A stretch of DNA of 63,363 bases, counting the filler. It is 5 parts of 5 records of this genome, joined end to end, with 100 filler letters (N's around TTAATTAATTAA, not from the genome) between each part and the next. Parts side by side here need not be neighbours in the genome. Positions count along the whole stretch, not along the records: positions 16,314 to 37,694 come from SRR20825019_1865; positions 37,795 to 47,123 come from SRR20825019_1871; 3 more parts are not named here. One strand, written 5' to 3'. A model generated the notes under the pieces. The model had not been told where the DNA came from, did not search any database, and saw nothing but the letters and a program-made list of their open reading frames with translations. Positions 31,476 through 40,700 of the stretch are shown here, piece after piece. The position numbers were made by a program, and so were the translations under genes. The stretch's first letter is position 1. Every line of letters begins with the position of its first letter.

Positions 31476-31682
31476 GTGTCTGACAGATCTGATTTCGAGA
31501 ACCGGAATCGTCAGGATATTTTCAAGCGCCTCGGAATGACGGAACTTGAAAGCCCCAGCCTTCCTGCTAACCCGGCAGCGGAAGGAACCCGATCACCCGA
31601 TACCGACGGCAAAGGCCCCTGTCCGGAACATCCTCTCGGCAACGATCTTTTTTACGTCCTCAGAAACGCGTATCGTCCCTGA
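31476..31682 (+). CDS. Small hypothetical protein (68 aa)
   Basis: GGAGG Shine-Dalgarno just before GTG at 31476; fills the intergenic gap. Confidence 0.45.
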   Translation: MSDRSDFENRNRQDIFKRLGMTELESPSLPANPAAEGTRSPDTDGKGPCPEHPLGNDLFYVLRNAYRP

Positions 31683-31744
31683 CCGGGCCGTTCTCCGGCC
31701 ATGTGAATATTCTTTAACTCCAAGTTGTTTGCCGCGGAGAGACG

Positions 31745-33181
31745 ATGCGCAATCTTGTGATAAGCGGCGGTATCGTCGTGACGATGGATTCCGGGCGACG
31801 GGTTGTCGAAGGCGGCACGGTGCATGTCCGGGACGGACGGATTGCCACCATCGCCGGGCCGAACGAAGCCATCAGCACAACGGACAGCGCGGAGATCATC
31901 AATGCAGCCGGCATGCTGGTACTGCCGGGCCTGATCGACGCGCATGCCCATGCCGGACACGCGCTGGTGAAAACCCTCGGCAGCGACGATGGCCAGGCTT
32001 GGTTCGATGCTTGCCGGCAGATCTACACGCTCGGCTCGGACGAGGAATTCTGGCGCGCCGATGCCGCGCTTTTCGCCCTTGAGCGGATCAAGGCCGGGGT
32101 CACCACCGGCGTCTCGATGCTTGGCGGTGGCGACAGCATCAGCAGGACCGATCATCCGGGCGTCGCGGACGCGCATTTCAACGCCATCAGGCAGGCAGGC
32201 TCCCGCGCCATGCTCGCCGTCGGCGCCAACCGGCCGCCATTTCCATGGCGCTTCAGGGACTGGGATTATGGCGAGAACGAGCGGGATATCAGCTTCGCGC
32301 GGCAGCTCGACGTCAGCCGGAAGATTGCGGAGAAATGGCACGGAGCGGAGAGCGAACGGCTCTCAGTCGCGATCACCTACCCCGTCTCGCGCCTGGGAGA
32401 GCCGCTGCCGGAAGGCGTGACAGCCGATCTTGTGACGGAGCACGCCCGGCAGGTCCGCGCCCTCTCGAAAGAACTGGGCCTGCGTTTTACCCAGGACGGG
32501 CACCGCGAGGGCAGCATCGCCTATGCCCACAACACACAGGATTTGCTCGGCGCGGATGCCTTCCTCTCCCACTGCACCAACCTGACCGAAGCGGATATCG
32601 CCGCCTTGCGGGAAAGCGGCGCCAGCGTCGTACATAATCCGTCCGCCGTCGCCTCGATCAACGGACGCTGCCCGGTGCCGGAGCTGATCGACCAGGGCGT
32701 GACCGTCGCCATTGGTTCTGACGCGCCCGCACCGGATCGCTCTGGCGACATGATCCGGCACATGCAGCAGGCCATGCATTATCACCGCCGGCATTTCCGG
32801 GACGATCAGATCCTGCCGCCGGGCAAGGCGCTTGAAATGGTCACCATCGATGCCGCGAAGGCCATCGGCATGGAGCGTGAGATCGGCTCGCTGGAGCCGG
32901 GCAAAAAAGCCGACATCGTGCTGCTTGATCTGCGCAAGCCGCATCTGGTGCCCGCCAACATGCCGCTGCACCGGGCGATCTATTTCGCCAACGGCGCCGA
33001 TATCGACACCACCATCGTCGACGGCAAGGTCCTGATGCGAGGCCGTTCCGTTACCAGCCTCGACGAAGGCAGCGTACTCGATGCGGCGGACGCGGCCATT
33101 GCAAAGGCGCTGGAACGCACCGGCCTAACCGGGTTGCTGGAGACCCGTTCCGGCTTCTGGGGACAAAGCCGTTACGACTAA
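31745..33181 (+). CDS. Amidohydrolase family (MTA/SAH/triazine deaminase-like)
   Basis: PGLIDAHAH, SHC, HNPSA, IGSD, IGSLEPGKKAD. Confidence 0.88.
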   Translation: MRNLVISGGIVVTMDSGRRVVEGGTVHVRDGRIATIAGPNEAISTTDSAEIINAAGMLVLPGLIDAHAHAGHALVKTLGSDDGQAWFDACRQIYTLGSDEEFWRADAALFALERIKAGVTTGVSMLGGGDSISRTDHPGVADAHFNAIRQAGSRAMLAVGANRPPFPWRFRDWDYGENERDISFARQLDVSRKIAEKWHGAESERLSVAITYPVSRLGEPLPEGVTADLVTEHARQVRALSKELGLRFTQDGHREGSIAYAHNTQDLLGADAFLSHCTNLTEADIAALRESGASVVHNPSAVASINGRCPVPELIDQGVTVAIGSDAPAPDRSGDMIRHMQQAMHYHRRHFRDDQILPPGKALEMVTIDAAKAIGMEREIGSLEPGKKADIVLLDLRKPHLVPANMPLHRAIYFANGADIDTTIVDGKVLMRGRSVTSLDEGSVLDAADAAIAKALERTGLTGLLETRSGFWGQSRYD

Positions 33182-33284
33182 CTGCCGAGGGTGAACAGGA
33201 GCTGACCCGGACTTTTTCCACGCCCGCCTCTTTCCGTCCTCCGATTTCGGCGCCACACTCTCCGGTATAAAAAGGAGTGGTGGA

Positions 33285-34019
33285 ATGCAAGACACCGCCG
33301 ATAGGGAAGAAATGCTGACAGTGGAAATCTGGCGCGGCCGCGATGCCGGCGCGCTGCGGACCTACACTGTGCCGCGCCGGCAAAGCCAGACCGTGCTGGA
33401 CGTGGTGACCTGGGTGCAACGAAACGAAGAGCCTGCGCTGGCCTACCGGTTCGCCTGCCGGGTCGGCATGTGCGGCTCCTGCGCCATGCAGGTGAATGGC
33501 AAGCCGCGCTGGACTTGCCGGACCCATGTCTCCCGGGTTGCCAAGGACGGTCATCTCCGGATCGAGCCGCTGGCCAATCTGCCGCGGATCAAGGATCTCG
33601 CCACCGACATGGCACCGTTCTTCGAGAAATGGCAGGGCGCCCGCGGCCGACACGAGCCGACCCGGACCCGTTATGAGCCGATGGCCCCGGTCTCGTCCGA
33701 AAGCCCGGCCCGTAAAGCCGCGAATGCCGGGATCGAATGCATAAATTGCGCGGTCTGCTACGCCGCCTGCGACGTGGTTGGCTGGGATGAAAACTATCTC
33801 GGCCCCGCCGCCCTGAACCGGGCCTGGACCCTTGCCAACGATGAGCGAGACGCGGACAAGGGCGGACTGCTCCAGGCGGTGTCGCAAGGCGGCGGCTGCC
33901 ACTCCTGTCATAGCCACGGAAGCTGCGTCGAGCATTGCCCGGTCGGCCTCAACCCGACAGCCGGTATCGCCGGGCTGAAGCGGATGACGCTCGCCGCGCT
34001 GATGAAGGGCGCGCTCTGA
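33285..34019 (+). CDS. Succinate dehydrogenase/fumarate reductase-like Fe-S subunit
   Basis: CRVGMCGSC..C, CINCAVCYAAC, CHSHGSCVEHCP. Confidence 0.9.
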   Translation: MQDTADREEMLTVEIWRGRDAGALRTYTVPRRQSQTVLDVVTWVQRNEEPALAYRFACRVGMCGSCAMQVNGKPRWTCRTHVSRVAKDGHLRIEPLANLPRIKDLATDMAPFFEKWQGARGRHEPTRTRYEPMAPVSSESPARKAANAGIECINCAVCYAACDVVGWDENYLGPAALNRAWTLANDERDADKGGLLQAVSQGGGCHSCHSHGSCVEHCPVGLNPTAGIAGLKRMTLAALMKGAL

Positions 34020-34348
34020 TGCTGGAAGCCCGCCTCTATCTGCTGCAACGCGCCAGCGCCATGCTGCTGGTCCCGCTCCTGCTCGCCCATCTGGTGATGA
34101 TCCTCTATGCCATCGAGGGTGGGCTTTCGGCAGCCGAGATCCTCGGCCGGACCCGGGGCAACCTGCTCTGGGCCGGATTTTATGGCCTGTTCGTCACGGC
34201 AGTGGCGCTGCATGCGCCGATTGGGTTGCGCAACATCCTGCGGGAATGGACCCGCTGGCGCGGCCGTTCCCTCGATCTCGCCACGCTTGGTTTCGGCGCC
34301 CTACTGTTCGGCCTCGGCCTGCGCGCCGTGCTGGCGGTGACGGTATGA
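34019..34348 (+). CDS. Complex II-like small membrane anchor subunit
   Basis: QRASA, two His in TM helices, TGATG overlap with the previous gene. Confidence 0.8.
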   Translation: MLEARLYLLQRASAMLLVPLLLAHLVMILYAIEGGLSAAEILGRTRGNLLWAGFYGLFVTAVALHAPIGLRNILREWTRWRGRSLDLATLGFGALLFGLGLRAVLAVTV

Positions 34349-34686
34349 TGCGGGCCTCACGCAACCATCCGGGCTGGTGGGCGGCGCTCGGCCACCGGCT
34401 TTCCGGCCTCGCCCTTGCGCTGTTCCTGCCGGTGCATTTCCTTGTGCTGGGTCTGGCACTGGACAACGACGCCGCGCTCGACAGCGTGATCGCCTGGACC
34501 GATCAGCCGCTGGTGAAAGTCGCCGAATGGGGGTTGGTCATGCTGCTGACCCTGCATCTCGGCTTCGGGGTGCGGGTGCTGGCGCTGGAATTCCTGCCCT
34601 GGCGCGATCCCCTGAAAACCCTGATTTCAATCGGCGCCGGCGCTTCCGTGCTGGCAGGCCTGCTGTTCTGGATCGTCGCGCTATGA
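34345..34686 (+). CDS. Complex II-like cytochrome b anchor subunit
   Basis: HRLSGLAL, LHLGFGVR. Confidence 0.8.
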   Translation: MMRASRNHPGWWAALGHRLSGLALALFLPVHFLVLGLALDNDAALDSVIAWTDQPLVKVAEWGLVMLLTLHLGFGVRVLALEFLPWRDPLKTLISIGAGASVLAGLLFWIVAL

Positions 34687-36440
34687 GCCAACCTCTCGAG
34701 ACCCTCCGCACCGACATCCTGATCATCGGCTCCGGCGGGGCCGGGCTGATGGCGGCGCTGCATGCCTTGCAGGCGGACCCGGATCTGGATGTCACCATCG
34801 CGGTGAAGGGGCTGATCGGCAAATGCGGCTGCACCCGGATGGTGCAGGGCGGCTACAACGTGGCACTGGCGCCGGGCGATTCTGTCGAGCGGCATTTCAT
34901 GGACACCATCGTCGGCGGCAAATGGCTGCCGCGTCAGGATCTCGCCTGGAAGCTGGTGGACAAGGCGGTCGAGCGGATCCATGAGCTGGAGAACGAGCTC
35001 GGCTGTTTCTTTGACCGCAATCCGGACGGCTCGCTGCATCAGAAAGCCTTCGCCGGGCAGAGCTTCGACCGCACCGTGCACAAGGGCGATCTGACCGGGA
35101 TCGAGATCGTCAACCGGCTGATGGAGCAGATCTGGGCGCGCGGCGTGAACAGGCTGGAAGAGCACCGCGCCATCGAGTTGATCCCGGCCCGGGACGGCAG
35201 CGGTATTGCCGGGGTTCTGCTGGTGGATATGCGGACCGGGCAGTATCGCTATGTCGAGGCCAAGGCCGTGCTGCTGGCGAGCGGTGGCGGGCCGACCATG
35301 TATCTTTATCACACGCCGTCCGGCGACAAGGCCTGCGACGGCATGGCCATGGCGCTGCGCCGGAACCTGCCGTTGCGGGATATGGAAATGGTGCAGTTTC
35401 ATCCGACGGGACTGCTGGCGGGGACGGATACGCGGATGACCGGCACGGTTCTGGAAGAAGGATTGCGGGGCGCTGGCGGGTATCTTTTGAACGGGGCGGG
35501 TGAGCGCTTCATGAGCCGCTATCACGAGCACGGAGAGAGGGCGACGCGGGACATTGTCAGCCGGGCGATTTATGCCGAGATGCGGGCCGGAAATACCACA
35601 CCAAACGGGGGTATTTTTATTCAGATGGCGCATCTCGGAAAAGAGAATGTTTCCAAGAGATTCAAGGGGATGGTCGAACGTTGCGCCGATTGCGGCTTCG
35701 ATCTGGCCGGCGGACGTGTGGAAGTTGTGCCGACCGCCCATTACATGATGGGCGGCGTCGAGTTCGAGCTGGATTGCGGCACCGGCCTGCCCGGTCTGTT
35801 CGCCGCAGGCGAGGATTGCGGCGGGGTACACGGCGCGAACCGGCTCGGCGGCAACGGCGTTGCCAACTCCACCGTCTTCGGCGGCATCGCCGGGGAGAGC
35901 ATGGCGGCTTATGTGCAAAACGAAAGCGCCGCCTGGCGCGAAGCCGACAAAACCGTGCTCGAAGCCGGCATTTCCCGTGCAGAACACCCCTTCCAGGCGC
36001 GCGGCGGCAACCTTTCCGAGTTGCGCGAACGGCTGAGCCACTGCATGTGGGACGATGTCGGCATCCTGCGCACCCGCGACGGGCTGCGCTCCGCCCTGAC
36101 CGCGCTCGGCGATTTCCGGGCGGAGCTGCACGAGACCGGCCTTGCCGACGGCGACCGGGCCTTCAACCTGACCTGGCACGACTGGATGAACCTGGAGAGC
36201 CAGATCGATGTCAGCGCCGTGATCGCCACCGCCGCGCTCGGCCGCGAGGACAGCCGCGGTGCCCATTTCCGCGAGGATTTCCCGGAGACCGGAGCGCTGG
36301 AGGAAACCCGTTTCACCCGCATCACCCAGTCCGATGCCGGGCTGGCGCTGGACATGGTGCCGGTGGATTTCTCCATCGTCGCGCCGGGCCAGTCTCTGAT
36401 CGAGGACGAGGCCGGTGCGCCCCCAACCGCAGCGGAGTAG
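34683..36440 (+). CDS. SdhA/FrdA/NadB-family flavoprotein, non-canonical
   Basis: IIGSGGAG, QFHPTG, RDIVSR, AHYMMGG, HGANRLGGN, SRGAHFR; CGCTRMVQGG in place of SHTxxAQGG. Confidence 0.9.
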   Translation: MSQPLETLRTDILIIGSGGAGLMAALHALQADPDLDVTIAVKGLIGKCGCTRMVQGGYNVALAPGDSVERHFMDTIVGGKWLPRQDLAWKLVDKAVERIHELENELGCFFDRNPDGSLHQKAFAGQSFDRTVHKGDLTGIEIVNRLMEQIWARGVNRLEEHRAIELIPARDGSGIAGVLLVDMRTGQYRYVEAKAVLLASGGGPTMYLYHTPSGDKACDGMAMALRRNLPLRDMEMVQFHPTGLLAGTDTRMTGTVLEEGLRGAGGYLLNGAGERFMSRYHEHGERATRDIVSRAIYAEMRAGNTTPNGGIFIQMAHLGKENVSKRFKGMVERCADCGFDLAGGRVEVVPTAHYMMGGVEFELDCGTGLPGLFAAGEDCGGVHGANRLGGNGVANSTVFGGIAGESMAAYVQNESAAWREADKTVLEAGISRAEHPFQARGGNLSELRERLSHCMWDDVGILRTRDGLRSALTALGDFRAELHETGLADGDRAFNLTWHDWMNLESQIDVSAVIATAALGREDSRGAHFREDFPETGALEETRFTRITQSDAGLALDMVPVDFSIVAPGQSLIEDEAGAPPTAAE

Positions 36441-36572
36441 ATGCCAACCGCAGCGGAATAGCGCCCGGAATAAAGCGCGGCCAGTAAAGCGCGGCGAGAC
36501 GCCTCATAGGCGAATCGGCCGCACATGGTAGAGTGAGCATCGGACAGGCTCTGCCTCTGGAGGGCAAGAGAC

Positions 36573-37694
36573 GTGAAATTTCATCCCGAACGGGACTCGC
36601 TGACCCTGGAATTGCACGCCCGCCCGATCCGTCCGGTGCGGGCGCCGCTCCGCATCAGCCATATCGGTTTCGGCACCGGCGAGCATGGCGGCGACCGGGA
36701 TTTCGAGGATCTCGTCGCGCTCTGCCGCAAGTTCGGCAAGGCCGAGCCCTCCGCCGACATGAAGCATTTCACCGCCGATCTCGGCCCCTTCACCGTGAAG
36801 TGGGAGCGCCATACCGAGTTCTCGACCTACACCTTCCTGCGCGAGGAAAGTTTCGAGGCGCCGTTCGAGGAAACCGTCTTCGGATTGCTGCCGGCGGACT
36901 GGAAAGAGGCGAAGTTCGGCGAGGTCATGGTCGCGGTGCATCTCGCAGTCGCGGACGGCGTGGACGCACCGCTCGACGGCAACAAGCTGTCCCGCTGGTT
37001 CGACGGAAACGAGGTGTTCGCCAATCGCATGGAGAAGGAACGGGTCGAGATCTACGGCGACCTGCGCACCCATGATGACGGCTTCGACCGGATGTATCTG
37101 CGCGCCGGCGACCTCGGCCAGGAACTGCTCGGCCAGACCGTGCAGCGGGTGCTGGAGCTCAACACCTATTGGCGCCTCTCCCTGCTTTCGCTGCCGATCG
37201 CCCGGGAAAGCAGCCCGAAGCTGGAACGGATCGAGCGCGGGCTGGCCAAGATCGCCGCCGAGCTCGCCGACGGCGATCAGGATCGCAGCGACGAAAGCCT
37301 GCTCGACCCGCTGGCCGCGCTCTCGGCGGAGCTGGAGACCATCATCGCCAGCTCCAGCTACCGCTATCGCGCCAGCACCGCCTATTTCGAGATCGTCGAG
37401 GGAAGGCTGCGCCAGCTCGGCGCGGTCAACCTGAACGGCTACATCCATCTGTTCGACTATCTGATGCGCCGGATCGATCCGGCCCTGCGCACCTGCTGGT
37501 CGGTGCAAAGCCGCCAGGAAGCGATCTCCAAACGGGCCTCGCGCCTCTCCAGCCTGCTGCGCACCGGCATCGAGGTGAAGGTGGAGCGGCAGAACCGGGA
37601 CCTGCTCGACAGCATGAACCGCCGCGCCGCCCAGTCCCTCGCCATCCAGCGTACGGTCGAGGGACTGTCCGTGGTGGCGATCAGCTATTACGCC
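36573..37694 (+). CDS. DUF3422 family protein (3' truncated)
   Basis: ELHARP, WERHTEFSTYT, QRVLEL, QRTVEGLSVVAISYY. Confidence 0.88.
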
Positions 37695-37794
37695 NNNNNN
37701 NNNNNNNNNNNNNNNNNNNNNNNNNNNNNNNNNNNNNNTTAATTAATTAANNNNNNNNNNNNNNNNNNNNNNNNNNNNNNNNNNNNNNNNNNNN
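37695..37794. other. Artificial contig linker
   Basis: N-run/TTAATTAATTAA/N-run. Confidence 0.98.
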
Positions 37795-40700
37795 GTCAGG
37801 ACGGGCATAGCTGGGAGGGTAATGGTTACGACGAGTGCGTTAACCTCACCAAGGTAGACGGTGAAAGGGGCGTCGCGGCTTCCACGGGCAAGGGCGATTC
37901 CCTCAACCGTGACACCGAACACAATCAGCGGGACCACATTGAACGTCACAACAGAATTGGCGAAGTCATCCTCGAAGTTTCCGGCGCTGGTAATGGAGGT
38001 GCGGTCACGCCACTGGAAACTGACATTCTGACTCGCTCCGACTCCAATGGCCGTCACAGTCAGCTCCTGGCTGAGGGGATCCAGCATTGCGCCCGTGCTC
38101 GTCGCAGACCACGACATCAGGGGTGATGATAGCGCGAGGGTCGTACTCGACTGCACGATCAGCTCCACGCTCTGGCCCGCGAGGGGGGCGGCGGTGATCA
38201 AGACGGGGATGGTCTGCGCATTCTGCCCACCAAAGTACAGGGTCGACCGCGTGCGGGACGTGTCGATCATGATCTTCTCAAGTGGTAGGAAGTACAGGTT
38301 GGGGATGGTGATCGAGCTGGGGCCGTTGAAGTCGACTCCTCCGCTCAGTGTGAAGGCAGCAGTGACATTGTTGACCACGCTGTTGCTGAAGATGTAGGCC
38401 GTCACTCGGATCTGAGTTCCGATCAGGATGGGGTTGCCAAGGTTGATTGGGATGCAGGGATTGATGGACGAGCAGTACGTCACGTCGTTGTTGGCAGGGA
38501 CAACGGAGATGGATCCAAAGATCGTCTGCCGTGGAATATCAAACTGCACGCGGAGGGCGTTGGTCTGCTTGATATAACCGTTGCGTCCACCGCCGGGCCG
38601 GGCGAGCGAGCTGAGTAGCTGGTGGCTCACGTCGAGGTTGTCAATCACTTCACATGACGATGGGGCCAGGTTGTCAAGGTTGTACTCGGACACACTGCCG
38701 CTGAATCGAAGGGTGATGTTGGTGGCGTTGGTCAGTGCGACACCCTTGATGAAGAAGTACTGTGTCTTGGCAGTGTACTGCCCAAATTGCAGCTGCACCA
38801 GCGGGAATCGAAGATACACGGGGTCGAAGAGGGGCTCCACAACGAGCTTGCCGCGGGACGGGAGCTCGCTGAGCGTGATGGCAAACTGTCGCTGCGCCTC
38901 CACCTCGCCTGGCACAACGATGTAGGTCGCAGTTAACACGGGGTAGTACACGCGCTTCTTTGGCGTCGCAATGATCGAGAAGGGTTCTGGCGCGGAGTAG
39001 GTGGGGTCGGGAATGGTGCAGGTTATTACGGTGGAGCCAGAGGACAGGGGGGTCACGCGAACCTCGCTTGCGCCGATGATTGTCACGGAGAACTGGTTGG
39101 ACGACGTGATGCATCGGAGCCCGGCGACAGCAGGGGTGATCACCACGGTGACCAACTCCTGCTCCACCACCTTGAACTCAAAGTCACTTGGCGCCTGGGA
39201 CACCGGCTTCAGAGCAACAACAGCCATCGACTCGGACGCGTCCATAACTCGCATGGCGATTCGCGTTGGTGCAGACACGATGGTGTACTGCATGTAGCTC
39301 ACGCGGGACGTTGGATACACACCCTGGATCGAAAACTGCTGCCACCGCTGGCCTCCAGCCGCGAAGTTGAGGACTGTGGGCGTAAGAATGAAGGCTGACG
39401 TCTCACCTCCCACGCTCAGGTACAGCGACACGCTGGAGTTGTCGGGGATGGTCACGTTGATAAGCTGCTTGTTCTCCTTGTTGACGTACAGCTCCTTGGG
39501 GGGTATGGTGAAGTCGATCAGCAGCAGGGGGCTGACGCTCACGCTCACAGACCCGGGCCAGCTTCCAACGAGATCCTTGCCTTCTCCCTCCACGCGGAAC
39601 ACAATCGTCACAGGCGCGGCGCTCGGGGACACTCCAACAATGTAAATGAACTGCTCAACGGGGCTGTCCGCGGACCACTGCAGCCGCTCGGGCTGGATTC
39701 GCACCTCAGGGCCGGTGGACTCGGGCACAAGCTCGAAGGACGCACTTCGCTCGTTGCCGAGCTGCGTGGGAAGCGATGAGACGTCGAAGAAGACCTGGAT
39801 CTTGTTGGCGTCGCCCTCGAACAGCTGTGGTGGCACATCCGTAGTCTGGCGCACCTGTATGAGCGGCAGGAAGTTAGTGAGGTGGTCGGGGATCGTGGAG
39901 CCGCCAATGAAGTTGGACGTGATCGTGAAGTTGAAGCTAGCGATCTCGGTGGCGTTGTTACTGACCTCGATCGCGATCTCACTGCGGGATCCGTAGCCCC
40001 AGTGGAGCTCGCGCTGTACCAACGCAGACCCGTTCGTGGAGATGGTGATGTTGACGAAGTTCAGCTGGTCGAAAATGGTCTCGCGCAGCGTCAGAACAGC
40101 AACCTGTGGGGCAGACCCGGCGTACATGGCGGTCGGCCAGTCAATGGCAAAAGGCGTCGGTTCGAGGGTCACGAAGTTGCGATCGGCAACAACTCGACTG
40201 TACTCGTCCACGGCTCCCAGAACGGTGAACGTCATGATGTGTGGGGGGCACGCGCGAATTACACTCACCCCAACCAGCTGCTCCACTGGTGCCAGGGGGT
40301 CGTCGCCATTGAACTCCACCTCGGTGCGGTCAAGCGCAATGCATTCGAGGCCAAGATCGTTCAGCTCTGGCTCCAGCCGCACGAACAGCTGTGTCCCAAC
40401 GCTTGGGATGATTCCAACATTGACGCCGATGGAGTAGCGGACGCCCTTGATGAGCTCGTATGGCATCTGCGTCGTCGAGATGGTCTGAGGGACGCTGATG
40501 CTGAGCTCACCACTGTACGCACTCGTCACGAACCGGTACGACCCGCTGACATCCAGCCGGATATTGAAGTTTCCACTCTGCTTCACAGCCGTCAACTGAA
40601 TGAACTGCTCGCGACCAACCGTGGTCGACGTCCACGAGATGTTCTGTGGCGTCCACGACAGGGAGTTGTTGGCGCCCTCCCACCTGGGGGCAACAGTGAT

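Noticed and set aside
34503-36266. Long antisense ORFs in the bacterial contigs (e.g. 587 aa here, 21876-23090, 60048-61202)
   Set aside because: Shadow frames of well-supported high-GC genes
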